Source: Gonapodya sp. JEL0774
Lineage: Eukaryota
DNA: 64,000 nucleotides
Assembly: GCA_027604505.1 (NCBI GenBank)
Contig: JADIIX010000060.1
Location: 1-64,000, forward strand
Direction of reading: 5' to 3'
The position numbers and the translations under genes are program-made. The notes beneath the pieces were generated by a model. It did no database searches, had not been told where the DNA came from, and was given only the letters and a program-made list of their open reading frames with translations. This document shows, in pieces, positions 36,301-48,561 of the stretch (its first letter is position 1; each line of letters opens with the position of its first letter).

Positions 36301-37351
36301 TCCCACAGAGACTGCCTCCACACCGGTAGACTCACGCTTTGCCAGTAAAAACAACAGCCATGTGTAATCCAAGATGCCTCTCCCGTATTCCGCTTCCCTC
36401 CAGCCCACGTCCGATCCCGCACCTCCCTGGCTGTGCCCGCCGTTAACTTCCGTTACCACCGGCGCATTGTCACCTCCACAGTAATCCACCACCACAGTCA
36501 GCACCCCAAACAGTTCCTCACACGCCTGTCGAGCGTTTGCGAGGGTCATAAATCCTGAAAATCCTTCAACCGCGGCCGAGGCCGTGGATTCAGGTTGGCC
36601 CATGGATACCAGGGACGATTTAATTATTGCAGCGAGGTGAAGAAGGATCTCGGGCATGGTGGTTGCGGTGCTGGTGGGTTTGGAGATTTTGAGAGGTGGA
36701 CGTTGAAAGGGCGGTTAACGGTATCACTCATCTACAACGACAACCACCTTCCTCCATAGGTTTCTGTCGAATCTTACAAAGTCACTGTCTTTGCCGGAGC
36801 CGAAAAGACTCTCTTTCGCATCAGGTTGAACCAATCCGATAACATCCCAGACCGGCCTGACTTTTGTCTTATCGAGACCGATCAGCAACGACCCTCGAAG
36901 CGCTCCCTCATACAGCCGAGGTCGTCTTGTTGAAGACAGCCTCGTTTCAACTCACACCACAACGCCCGCATCTCTCATTGCGGTCAAAATCTCACTCGGT
37001 GTGTACACTTTCCCATACGGTTCTCCCGTCTCAGGATTCACCTGACCAGATGTCAAGAAAGCAGCACAGGCACACAGGTATATAGGATCGGTCTGGTACC
37101 ACCGACGATGGTACAACCCATGGGTCGCATACAACACCCAAGTACAGGTGGAGCTTCATCAGCATCACCATCATCGCAGGCGTAACAAAATAGAAATGTG
37201 AACCCACTGCCGTGGTTTTCATTTCGTCGCGTTCCAGCCCTGATAGGGTATCGAGCAACTCTATTGCTCTCAGGCTAAAATCCTTATCCATTTCGAGATG
37301 CTCCTTGAACAGAAACCAGTATGATCGGAGGTCCATTGTCTGCGTAAGCAT
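33357..37351 (-). CDS. RB1-like: Retinoblastoma-family pocket protein, multi-exon
   Basis: N-domain YTWLLFLLAK; A pocket HKALLVLGFEII...LKVLQDDLMEYQMW; B pocket LLDHRHLDTFILCSIHAVAKI...YLRQP and IVEFYNRVFVP; C-terminal MTPATKR|LWNFGETP with many S/T-P sites. Confidence 0.88.
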
Positions 37352-37719
37352 CTTTGATTCAAACACGTTTCACCCAGCTGTGATCTGGTAGCGCTTTAGC
37401 AATGTGTGTGTAAGAGCTCGAAATCGTGTTCCAGGGTGGGGGGATTGATTTCGGGAGATGCGAGTTCCACCGGGCGCGTTTTCAGTCGCAACAAGTCTTT
37501 GGTGCGATTATTCGCCCCGAGATGGGTTCCCGCGCTCGTGAGTGCACTGTTCTAACGCAGAGCTGTATCGGAATGTGAGCCCCTTCAATCGGGGGATCCA
37601 CACAAAAACTATTTATAACACTTACCCCACACCCTTTATTCTCATACAATGGTGACCCCTTCTGTGGCTACCAACTATAGTAACCCCCTGCCCTCCACGA
37701 AGGAAGGCACCCACCTGAA

Positions 37720-37757
37720 ACTCCACGCGACTCCACGCGACTCCACACGACTCCACA
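37720..37757. repeat. 10-bp tandem repeat (ACTCCACGCG) about x4
   Basis: actccacgcg actccacgcg actccacacg actccaca. Confidence 0.8.
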
Positions 37758-37975
37758 AGAATCCGGAGTCGCCCAGAGTCAACCGGAGTCACGGATTCAC
37801 TGGATTCATGCGGAGGATAGGTGCCCCCACTTCGGTGCAGGTGGTCCCCTGCCTAGATTTCAGGCACGGTTTCAACCCTCCGGTATGAATGTCACCACAA
37901 GGACCACACATCAACACCATGACACACAGTTCATTCTCTCCCGATATACTAATCGTTTCATACAAACAAAATTCT

Positions 37976-39584
37976 CTACTGGTGCTTCTGTATTCGCGGC
38001 GAGTGAAGTCCCAGAATATCAAAGAAGTCGGGAAGAGTTGGCAACGCGACAGGTGGGGAGCGAAGGGGGGGTTTGAGTCAACGTAGTAGACCGTGAACAC
38101 ATGCGTGGGTGAGAGTATCATGCGCAGAATATAAGTGGTGCTTCTACTCACAGAAGCCGTACCGAAGATGGGATTAAGGCTTCGACACAAGACGACGCGA
38201 GAGAGAATGATGAAGTGGGTCACATAAGATATACACGTCCAAGACCTTAAAATATCCGACTCGACGGCCACCGCTTCTATGATACTCACTTCTCCTCGAT
38301 CATGGCGGCCTTGGTAGCCTCAAGACCTTCTGGAGTGTTAGCTGAGGTGGCGGGGGCTGCGGAAGGAGACGATCAGAATGGGACACAAGTGCGGCATTCG
38401 AACGATTTGAGCGATGTGAGCAGCAAACGTATCGATGAGGATGAACAAACTCTCAAATCGCAACGGTATTGTGTCCGCCAATCTAGCCAAGATCACCGAC
38501 ACCATATCAGGTGCGGACCGGTGCGGAGATCCCCCTTTTTGTTCCCAGAAATCCGCGAAACGCATTCACTACCCAAAACCTGAAGGTTGCGTCGACCCAA
38601 ACTCATCGATGCCCCGTGTAATCTCCAATTGCATAGCCTGTCGAAGCCCGGGGAGAAAAGGCAGCAAAATGGAACTCACGTTTGGCGATCCACAGTTGCC
38701 AGATGGTCACGGACACTGCCGTGATAACACCCATGTACGCCCACACCTTGGTGTTTATGTGCTTGTCTTCACCACGGGGACCGTAGGAGCCGTAGGCAAT
38801 GTAGTAGGCTGCGGGAGGTAAATGGGGATGGAAAAGGTCGGGTCATCACTGAAGTGTAGTCGAACAGCGTTTCTGAAAAGGTCACAAAAGGGTGCGGGGG
38901 AGAGGATGATCCGCCTTAGTCTCCCAGGCAATGAGCTCAAGCATGGCATCTGGCCGTCACAATTGGCAATACGCCAGGGGTTAGTCTGAACAATTTGACT
39001 TCTTGTGTGGTCCGTCCGTCCATCCCAAACACTCTAACAGGTCACCAGAGGGGACGATCGCAATGGGTGGGACTGATTTCATTTGTGTAATTGCATGCCT
39101 TGCTTTCTTGTCACATGGTGAGTCCTCGCTGCTCACTTCCCAGGTGGCGGGGAATGTGCCGATGAACCCCCCCCCTCTGCCGGACCCGACAGCGCTCAGG
39201 TGCAGAAATAAAGCTAAGCGCCTTGGCTCGGGAAATGCCTGAGCATGCCGATGGGGGTCCGTCCCTCGAGTCGCTCGAAGTCATTCCCACCCGTCGGTGT
39301 CCGTGTCCTGCCAAAAAATTCAATCCGCTTCCAACCCCTCCCCATCCCACCGCATTCCCGCGATCCATCTCGGCCAACGCACCAGCCCTCTTCTCCTCCA
39401 GGGTCATTTTTTTCCAATCCCCCCTCTGCTTCTCAGCCAAGGACTCCGCGACTGCTGCCTGTTCGCATTCTGGTAGACGGGCCCAGCGAGATTCGAGAGT
39501 GGCGAGGGCAGCTGAGGAGTAGGAGCGCGAAGATGCGGCGGATGCGCGGATGAGAGAAGGAGCAGACAGACGCAGGAAGGACAT
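37976..39584 (-). CDS. COX5: Cytochrome c oxidase subunit IV family (fungal Cox5), 5 exons
   Basis: Mitochondrial presequence, then LESRWARLP..EQ....L.EKQRGDWKKMTLEEKRA|AYYIAYGSYGPR, a TM segment and LNPIFG. Confidence 0.88.
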
Positions 39585-39781
39585 GGTGTTCGCGGTTTGG
39601 TGTGGGTGTAATAGAAGAAAAACGTCTCAGCCCGGAGCAGGACTCTCTGACTCACGATCAACTCCAAACACGCATAACTCCAGCAACAACAACGGTTTGT
39701 ATGCGTAGGCTGTTTCTATATATATATATATATATATATGTTCCCTGTCACCGTTCATCCTGTGGCCCCGACTCCAAAAGC

Positions 39782-41788
39782 CTACCCCTCCCGCACTTCA
39801 ACGCCCCCTTTTTCTCCTTCCTTCTCCTTTTCCTTTTCAACCTCCTTCTCCCCCGCCTTTTCCTTCTCCTTCTCACCTGCCTTCACCCCCCCCCTTTTCC
39901 ACTTCCCGGCCCCCGCAGGCTTCTCCTGCAGTTCTTTCCTCATCGCGTACGCGTCCTGCACCAGGTCCAAGACGTCGTTGTGGTGCGCATTGAGCGGCAG
40001 ATGCGTCGGTAGGGGTGTTTTGGCAGTAAGCACACGCCCACCTGGTGTCAAACCGCAAACAACAAGTGAAAAGCAACGACCCACCTCGCCATCGGCGTAG
40101 TACTTCTTTTCTATTTCATGAACCCTGATGTACAATCGCGGGTTCACAAGCGAAGTGGGCGATGAGGTGTCCAGGAATTGAGTGTGGTGTGTGTCGGTAG
40201 AGTGAATTGTGTGTGTAAAAAACAGTACACACGAGATCAAAACCGCAACCCGACCACAAAAATCGGAACAAACCCGGCCAGAAACAGCTGGGGAGTCTAC
40301 CACCACCACCGCTCACGCAACCTGCCTTGACCCTGTCCCACAGAGCGCCACCCGACCCAACACGGCACAACCTGGCCACCCCTGATCCCACACTCACTTG
40401 AATTCGAGCGTATCCCTGTACAGCGCCAACGCCGCCCGATTGCTCTTTCGTACGTGAAGTGACACGTAGAGAGCCGAGAAGGAGGTGAGCATGGCGCGTT
40501 CTGTTGGGGTGCGTTTGTGGAGGGGAGGAACGTGCAGGAGGGTTTGGTGGGTGGGGTGGACAGACACGGTGAGTGTGGGCTGATGGGCGCACTCCAATAA
40601 CACTACTACAAACGTGGTGGGAACGGGGAGCCGAGAAAGTGCCCACTCTCTGGTAATGGTCCGCGCACTCACTCATGAGGACAGGTCCCTCCCCTGTCAC
40701 ATCCTCGACGAAACCCAACAATCATTGTCTCGATCCTCGGCGCCGAGAACCACGACTCTCTGGACACGCAAACCCATCACAGCCTGCACTCTCCAACCAT
40801 AATCCACCCTTGGCAACGTCTTCTCCGGACTACTCACGCGCCTGCTTCATCAGCTTCTCAGCCAAACCCAGCCTTCGATAAGTTCTCATAACAGAGAGGG
40901 ATGTGATGTGGCCGTGGGGCTCGCCATCTTCTTCCCTGTAAGGGTTGAGGTTGAAGGGGTGGAGGGTGGATGGCAGGAGAGGGATGGGCATGCAGGAGAA
41001 GTGGGATGGTAGAACGTTAAAGGAGAGGCGGAGGACGGTAAGAGGGGCAGTATGAGTGTGTATGTACGATTCCACCGTGCAATATGCGGTTGGAACACGG
41101 GACATTTCTGTCCACCGCGATCCCCCCTCCCTCCCGGGAATCAGCACGTGCTCGTTGCTCACGTGAGCCTTCCGTCCAACCTGTACGTCCACATCCCCGA
41201 ATCCATCACACTCTCTCCATATCTCCACATGTCCACTTCTAAATCCACCTGTCACCTGGCATTCACCTATCCGCCACCACTTCACTATCGGACCACCGTG
41301 CCATTGAGCATGTTGGTTCTCCTTGAGCGGACTTTTTGCACTCTTCCTCCCTTCGCTCATGTCCCTCACTCTGTGTCCCGTTTCTGGCATTCGCCTGATT
41401 CACTCCCACGCTTTCGAAAGCTCTGCTCTACGTCTAATGTACGCACATCTTGGCAAGCACGTATCCGACGATCTTTTTCGATTTGAGCTCCTCGGCAACG
41501 TAGGAGAGTTGGGGCCAGGAGAGGATGTGATAGAGGTAGTACTTGAGCTGGTAGTTTTCTGGCAAGTTGTGGAGATTGCAGTTTTGCATGCCGATGAGGT
41601 CATCGATCTGGATGAGATGCGGGTGGGAGGATGGGGATTGGGTAGAGGAGGTAATGAGTACGGGGTGTGTGGACAGGCATAGGACCGGGGATGATGTGGG
41701 GGTCGGTGGTCAGGAGATGGAGGGAATGGGAGAAAGACAAGAGCAGAGCGGGATTGGAACCCACACGTGCTTGTCGGACTGAAACCAT
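39782..41788 (-). CDS. NAA10: N-terminal acetyltransferase A catalytic subunit, multi-exon
   Basis: [46 protein letters not shown]...[69 protein letters not shown]. Confidence 0.96.
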
Positions 41789-42169
41789 CCTGGGGGACGC
41801 GGTGAGGACTTGATGGCGTTGGAGGTGAAGACAAGTCTGTGGTCGCGACCTCAGTCAAACCACAACCCGCACCCCTCTCTCTCTCTCTTTCACTCGCTCG
41901 CTCCCATCTCTCATTCCTAACCTTCCATACCAAAACTTCCAAACCCCTTCATTATATAATCACTTTCAAGTCGTAAATCTCCATCGCCTCTTCTTCTCCC
42001 TCGCGCCGCCTCTCACAACCCCTCTCTACACTCACTCCACCTATCCTGCAGCTCTTCATCCACCTCCCTTGCCCCCTCAATCCTTTCTCCACCCGCTTGC
42101 GCTTCGACTTCAGACGCCCTCGACGTTCCCACCCTCTCTCGTCGCTCCATCCTCACCACCTGACGGATT

Positions 42170-43130
42170 GAATGGCTAGAGAAAGTGGCACGGCTGTAAT
42201 TATCAGAGAGGACAACGTTTACAGTGAGTACCTTGTGTCCGCGATTGTCAGTGGATACGTTCACTTTGAAGTGTTTCTGCTGCCAGTGTTCCCGCCGAAC
42301 ATCACATCGGAACATCAGCGATTGCACTAGAACGAATTCAATTATCTGATTCTGATATGATGAAATCAAAAGAAACCTGCGCTTCGTGTGGACAACTCGT
42401 TGCTCAGAGCGTGGACGATAAAGACATTGAAGTTGGAGGGCCTCATTGGAAACACTTTTGCAATGCTCTTTCTCCACGAATCACACCAAGTGAAGCCTTG
42501 AAAAAACTCTGGAGCTACGGAGATCATCCAGCTGCTGCAGATTTGAGTGGTTTGGCACTTGAAGTGCCAGGCACGGATTTGTCCCTGCCACGCTTAGCAG
42601 TTTTATGCCTACAAAAGACACCGGAGTACACATGCGAGGTCGTGGAAAACAGAAACAGAACGAAATCATTTCTGAAAATGCTGCGTACAAATATTTCGTA
42701 GATCCTGCTCTTGTTGTTACACAGACATCGTACAAAATGATAATTTTATTTGTCCAACGTATTCTTTAGCAAATGGACTGTTCAGAGGAGCATCCTATGT
42801 GATTGAATGTGAACAATTACCAATCTTGACTTGACTACAGCAGAGGAAAGTGTATATATACCATGTCAGTGTCTTTCTTCTATATATGTATCTTGTTTCT
42901 AGACGTCTTTGCATGCTGATTTTCTTCTAGTCAGTTAGTACTTGCAATACATCTTACTCCTTCGCGACTCACACTCTTCCATTCTGAGCGAAAAAATCCT
43001 CGTCCGTGCTACCGTGCGCGGGCACGACTTAGGTTGCGTATATTACATTATAGACAGGTCAGATAAAGGTACCGATGTGGGTCAGAAAAAAGACTTTGGG
43101 GTAGGGGAAAAGGTCTCACTCATCGTGGTG
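42170..43130 (+). mobile_element. Helitron-like relic (Cys motifs and SLANG motif of the region upstream of Rep/Hel)
   Basis: CASCGQL...HP..DLSGLAL, then CSCC...P.YSLANGLFRG and, frameshifted, LDLTTAEE. This resembles the fungal Helitron N-terminal/DUF6570-adjacent pattern. AT-richer than flanks; no Rep or helicase. Confidence 0.5.
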
Positions 43131-43167
43131 TTGCGGATGAACAACAAAGGAGGACGATCGAAAACAG

Positions 43168-45328
43168 ATGTCGACTCCCTCAAAATCGACTGAACACGAT
43201 GAAATACAGGCAAGAGGATGCTCTGATTCCGTTTTCCTTCCCGCTGATCGGTTTACAATGCCTGTCTGTCGTTGCTACCCTCCCTTCAACACCCAGATCG
43301 GAATTGCCAAGTCCGCGTACCTCGAAGCCCGCACCCTTTACGACTCCCTATGCCACGTCGCTTTCTCGAATCTTGCGCAACTCAGGAAACGGGTATCTGA
43401 GACAGGCGACGCCGCGCAGGATGATCCCGAGCTGATGCTCGAGGTGAGTCAGATGTTGTGGATTGATTCGGCCCAGTCCGAGGGATTCCTGGCACCTACG
43501 CAGTGCCGGCTCACCTAATGAACTGCAATATAGCGGTAAATACCCTGAGACATGAGCTTCGTAAGGTTATTCTCGAGTGATGACGTCTTCTCGAGAGTGG
43601 GGAACACTGGCCTCCGGATTGGGCTTGACAAAAGACATCCCATCCCATCCGTGCTATCTTTATTTGACCACGCGTGCTTGGCCATTTTGATGCTTGATGC
43701 TTTGTTCCGGCGGGGCGAAAACTGGGGCGATGATCCTGCAATTGTCTCTCACCCTGCTCCTTCTCGAAAACACCCACCCGAACCAGCTCGATACTTGGAC
43801 CAACGTAACCACTCGCATTGCTCTCGCAGAAGCCAAGCAAGTCGTCCGCCGTCCGCTCGGCAATGTGCCCGGAAGATCTCCGTTTGGTCTCGACATTGAA
43901 TCGGTGGAGAGAGTAAGCGAAGCTGAAGGATTAACGGGCGTGGGAGAAGAAGTGAGTTATTTGCTGGAGGGTGGAATGACGGCCTTTGTGAGGAGAAATA
44001 GGAACAGTGCAGCAGATATTCGGTGTTACGGAGAACCGGAATGGGTCCAGTTGGTATGGGGTAAGATGTGTGTAATGAGGGCAGATGGGTCTTTCATGAA
44101 AATCTTGGCGGTGGACAGGTCCGAGATGTGGGCATGCGGGCCGGAGCGCGTTGAGCGTTGATTCGTCCATCGCTCTCTGTCTCTAAATTCCGTGTGTCGA
44201 CAAATCAATAGCACATGTTCTTACTTATGCCGTGACCGTCGCTCACTTTAACTCTCACACTGGTCGTCTCCTTCCCTCTCCAAAAACTACCGCAGCTGGC
44301 CCACACAGTCATTATCCCCGTCGAGTCGCACCTTCAACGGGCGTGCGAGCAGATTGTTGCTTTCGCGTATCCCACTGTGGGCGTCAAGGAGAAAGGTGAG
44401 ACCTGGAAAAGGTTGGTGAGGGATCGTGTGGCTTTATCGATCCCGGGCCCTCCGCAACCCCCGCCCCGCATCCCCCATTCGTCTCCACTTCCACGCCAAG
44501 CAACCCCATCCGCTCCCTCCACCGCCGCCACCGCCGCAAAATCTCTCCACCTGAATCAACATATCACGCGCCTGCGAGACCGCATCCGCACCGACCAAGA
44601 ACGCGCGTGGGATGCGAAACAGAGATACGTGAATGCCAGGCTGAAGCATGGGGAGGTGAGTTAGACTTGAGCAGAGTAGGTGGGCCTGTGTAAGTGACCG
44701 GGATCAAGGCTGCTTGTATCGACCCGTTTCTGTGCCCAACCCACCGATCCGCCCAATCACTATTTCGTCCAGCTCCTCTCGCACATCCTTTCCCAGTCTT
44801 CGGAACTCCTCCTGCGGTACAAAATGGGCCACCTCGCGGAACGGGACGAGGCGTACGTAGAATACTACAAGGGGGTTTTGGAAGGCATGGCGATGAAGTT
44901 GAGGTACGTTCCGAGTAGGGAACGCGGTATTGAGGAGAAGGTCAAGAACCCATCCGCACATATGTATACCGCACCACGCGCTTTTCCACTCAAGACTAAT
45001 GAAACTTGACGCCCTTCGGCACGTGTTTACACCAGAGCACGTCGCGAACCTCTTAGACACTCGGTATGACCTCCTTTACTGTCCCTAACAAGCCATTATC
45101 TCACTGCTGTATCCAATTCCCTGCCTCGCGATCCCAACCTGCTCATGTAGCACGAACCTTCTCCAGCATACCGCCCGTCTCAACTCCCACTTAGCCCAGC
45201 TTCGCGCCTCACTCGCCTCGTACGACAACGCTGGAGCCGAATTCAATGAACTGGTGGAGCAATGGAGGAGACTCGAAGAGGCCGTGGAAGAGGTACAGGG
45301 GGATGTGGGGAGGTTAGGTGGGGACTAA
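43168..45328 (+). CDS. HAUS4: HAUS augmin complex subunit 4-like, multi-exon; middle exons not fully resolved
   Basis: AKSAYLEARTLY near the N-terminus. The C-terminus YY.GVLEGMAMKLR|LMKLDALRHVFTPEHV...LASYDNAGAEFNELVEQWRRL matches the HAUS4 C-terminal pattern. Confidence 0.7.
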
Positions 45329-45648
45329 ATGCGAGTGGAAATGGGTATCCGTGGATTTGGGACGAGCACTGCTGTAGTGGGGTAATGGACTGCACGCACG
45401 TTGTTTTGATAGCACCCTTGGAGGTTTGTATATGTATTCGGCTCAGGCGAACGAGACCTCTCCCACTGTTAGATTACACATTGTATTGGAGTAATTGGAG
45501 TACTGTTCGAGCACAAAGTTGCTTCTTTAAAAGTGAGATCTCGCTTTATGCGAAAGATGACGTGGTGTTGAAGCAGCAACCACGGTGACTCATCGCATCC
45601 CAACGGAAAAATCTGGAACGGACCAACCGACAAAACGAACAGAATACA

Positions 45649-48309
45649 ATGGACGCTGCTGAATACACGCCACCGAATCACCCTCAAGCTTCCTTCCCAG
45701 ATCAGGTGGGGAATTGCCTTGCTGATTTGGTTGAGTGAGTGGTATGCAATAGTCTCACTCACTGTCAGCATTAATGACTAACTTTATACTATTCCCCCCA
45801 CCCCTCCATCCATGCATTTCGGGTGGTTACAGTATATTAGGAAATGTGCCTTTTGCGCCCAAGAGAGAGTACCTCACCGGACGGGACAAGTGAGTTGAGA
45901 GCACGTCATCCCAGGAATTGCATGCTAAACATTCACGCCAAAGTATCTTTATCCCGTACGAGCGTCCCGGATTCTTGTCCAACGTTGGATCTGTGTATCA
46001 ACTGTCTGCAAAACTGGACCGCGAAACCCTCGTTCATCAGATTGAAAATTTCGGGTTCGCAGTGGGCTCACGATACCTTAAGAAAGTGAACAGAAATGAG
46101 TGGCTGTTTGGAAGGTGAGTGTGATGGCTAGTCAGTATCACGGAGAAATGTTCGTCTGACTCTGTTGAGAAAGGCCATTTTGGGAAGATGCAGAGTATGA
46201 CGTACGCAATCACCTCCTGTTCCGAGAGCTCCCAGAGCATGAAAACAATCTCGCAGCACTCAAGGTATGTAGATTTACAACTTTTATTTGTCCCTTTGTA
46301 TTTTGGTACAAGTCGTTCAGCCTTCGTGTGCTCGATGTGTAGTCCGTCGCCGAGGAAATGTTCTCCACTCCATTGGACTGGCGGTATCCCCTCTGGCACG
46401 TTACCGTGGTCGAGGGATATGTGGATGAGATTGATGGGCATGTATCCATTGGTCCCATATCAGAATCATCCGCCGCAACAAACTGACGTCTTTCCGATGA
46501 ACTGTCACAGTAAAGAAAAGACGGCTCTCATCTGGCGTATCCACCACTCCGTAGGAGATGGAATGGGATTAACGGGAGCATTGCTTACCTATGTTGCAAA
46601 ACTTGACCCGGTTACGGGTATGGCGGATGTGAAGAAGGATGCTGGGGTGAGAATCTTCGGCAGGGTAGACAGGTGGAACCGAGCATCACTGACACGTTCA
46701 CAATATAATTTTTCCTGCTTTCAAGGATATCAGCAAGCTTCAATTCAAGGGCGGGTGAGTTTGCATTATTCGGTGTTGCTTCTGAGTTAGTTGGATGTCA
46801 TCCCCACACTTCTTGTCACCCATTAGCAGAAGAAAACAATCTTTGGCTGAGGTGTCAACGCAAAAGGTGAAAGATTGGTCTACGCGCGCGATGGAGACAG
46901 CCGGGGAGCTGTACGAAAGGATCTTGGGAGTGGTGAGCCCATTTGACTGTTCTATCATTTGGGGTGAAAGCACGATCCCGATCCTCCTTTCGCCCCAACT
47001 TCTCACCACCAACTTGAAAGATTACCTACCTCTTTTCTATTATTCTCCTCCTTGTTTGGTACGCACGAACTGAAAAGAAAGGCCTGATCGGATCGACACC
47101 GGACCAACGCCGAGGTTCCCTGAGAAAGCAGGTAGGATGGAGCAAACCCGTACCTTTCCAGGAAGTGGTAAGGATCAAAAATGTACTGGGAGTTACGATC
47201 AATGATGTGCTGGTGGCATGCTTCAATTCGGCGTTACGAAACTACCTGGAGGTAGGTCCTCATGTGGGAACATTCGGTATCCGATCTCCGGCACTTCATG
47301 CATACAACTCACCAAATTTAAGAAACGACATCGCAACAAAGATCCATACTTTACGTGGCTCATTCCGAAATCCATGCGAGCAGCACACGATTTCGCCATA
47401 TCGAACGAAACCTCCGGATTCGTGCTCTCCGTTCCTTCCAACGATCCAGATTCAGTTAGGAGAGTACGTGAAGTGAAGAGAAGAATGGATGTTTTAAAAA
47501 AAAGCATTGGTAAAGTCCATGGTCCCGAATGGTTGTGGGGAACTACTCTAACAGAATTTCTTGTAACAACGTTCAGAGCCCGAGATCACCTATAGTGCCG
47601 TCAGTACGATGGTCTTTCCGTGGCTAAAAATCGACTCGTTGGTAGATGTGGGGCTTCACAGATCCTTTGGGGCGGTGAGTGATGTCTTGGACTTTGCTCT
47701 CGGGGACATCACGGAACAAATTCCTGTATCCAAGATTACCAACGTACCTGGCCCAAACAGGAAATTTCGCTGGGGAAACGTTGAGGTGGGCTGATGTTCA
47801 TGTCAGTTAGAGACACTGCTCGCTAAAATTTACTTCACATCGCACAAACGGAAGATCGAAAGGATGTATGGTTTAATGATGTGAGACACACTTTCAGTTT
47901 TCGTAATTCCCGTGTTTTTAATAACCTTTCCGCAATTTCTGTCAGGTGCATTCCGAACGGAATTGGATGCTCAATTGGCTCGTACGTGGATCATATTATT
48001 GTATCGTGAGTCAAATGCACCTTCCGTGAACTTCAGCGGTCCAAATTGATGTTCAAATATTCAAGCATGACAACTGACTGTTTCACCAATCTCGCACCCA
48101 CCGAAATCTTCGCGCCCGGGATGGCGGACGAGATCATGGCGGATTTCCTGTGTGAAATCACGACTCTCGCGAAAGCATGTGACGCGCTGTCCGGTCAACT
48201 GGTTGGTGAAGTAGTTTCAAAAGTGGGAGTCAAAATTGCACGCGAGAAGTTGGAGGAGATTAGCGCGAATTCCCAGAACGTTGAGGTCCGCATGAAAAAG
48301 GAAGAGTAG
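45649..48309 (+). CDS. Wax ester synthase/diacylglycerol acyltransferase (WS/DGAT) family, many exons
   Basis: RIHHSVGDG (HHxxxDG); IKNVLGVTINDVLVACF; ITNVPGP. Start codon uncertain. Confidence 0.85.
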
Positions 48310-48561
48310 CGGCCCAGTTTGAGAAGACAAACAATTTTTCATCAATTACCTCGCTTATAATCTGCGCGAATAAATGGCACTGACTTTTTGAGATGTTGGG
48401 GCCTACCGGCTTGATCAATACTTTAGGCCTCGCTCTTGGTTGGTTGAGCAAGGATCGCTGTCACTTCATGTTGGGGTTTGGGGAACAACCTTGAATCATT
48501 TTAGATCGGGCCATCACAGAAAATCTAAATCACCTCTTCCCCGCTCACACCGATCGAAGTC

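Noticed and set aside
37527..37534. E2F-like site TTCCCGCG upstream of Rb
   Set aside because: Short, imperfect and expected by chance in GC-rich DNA.
38302..38821. Plus-strand ORFs between Rb and NAA10
   Set aside because: Antisense to COX5 exons and introns.
39310..39322. Sm-site-like AATTTTTTGG suggesting an snRNA
   Set aside because: No recognisable snRNA sequence around it; better explained as a polypyrimidine tract.
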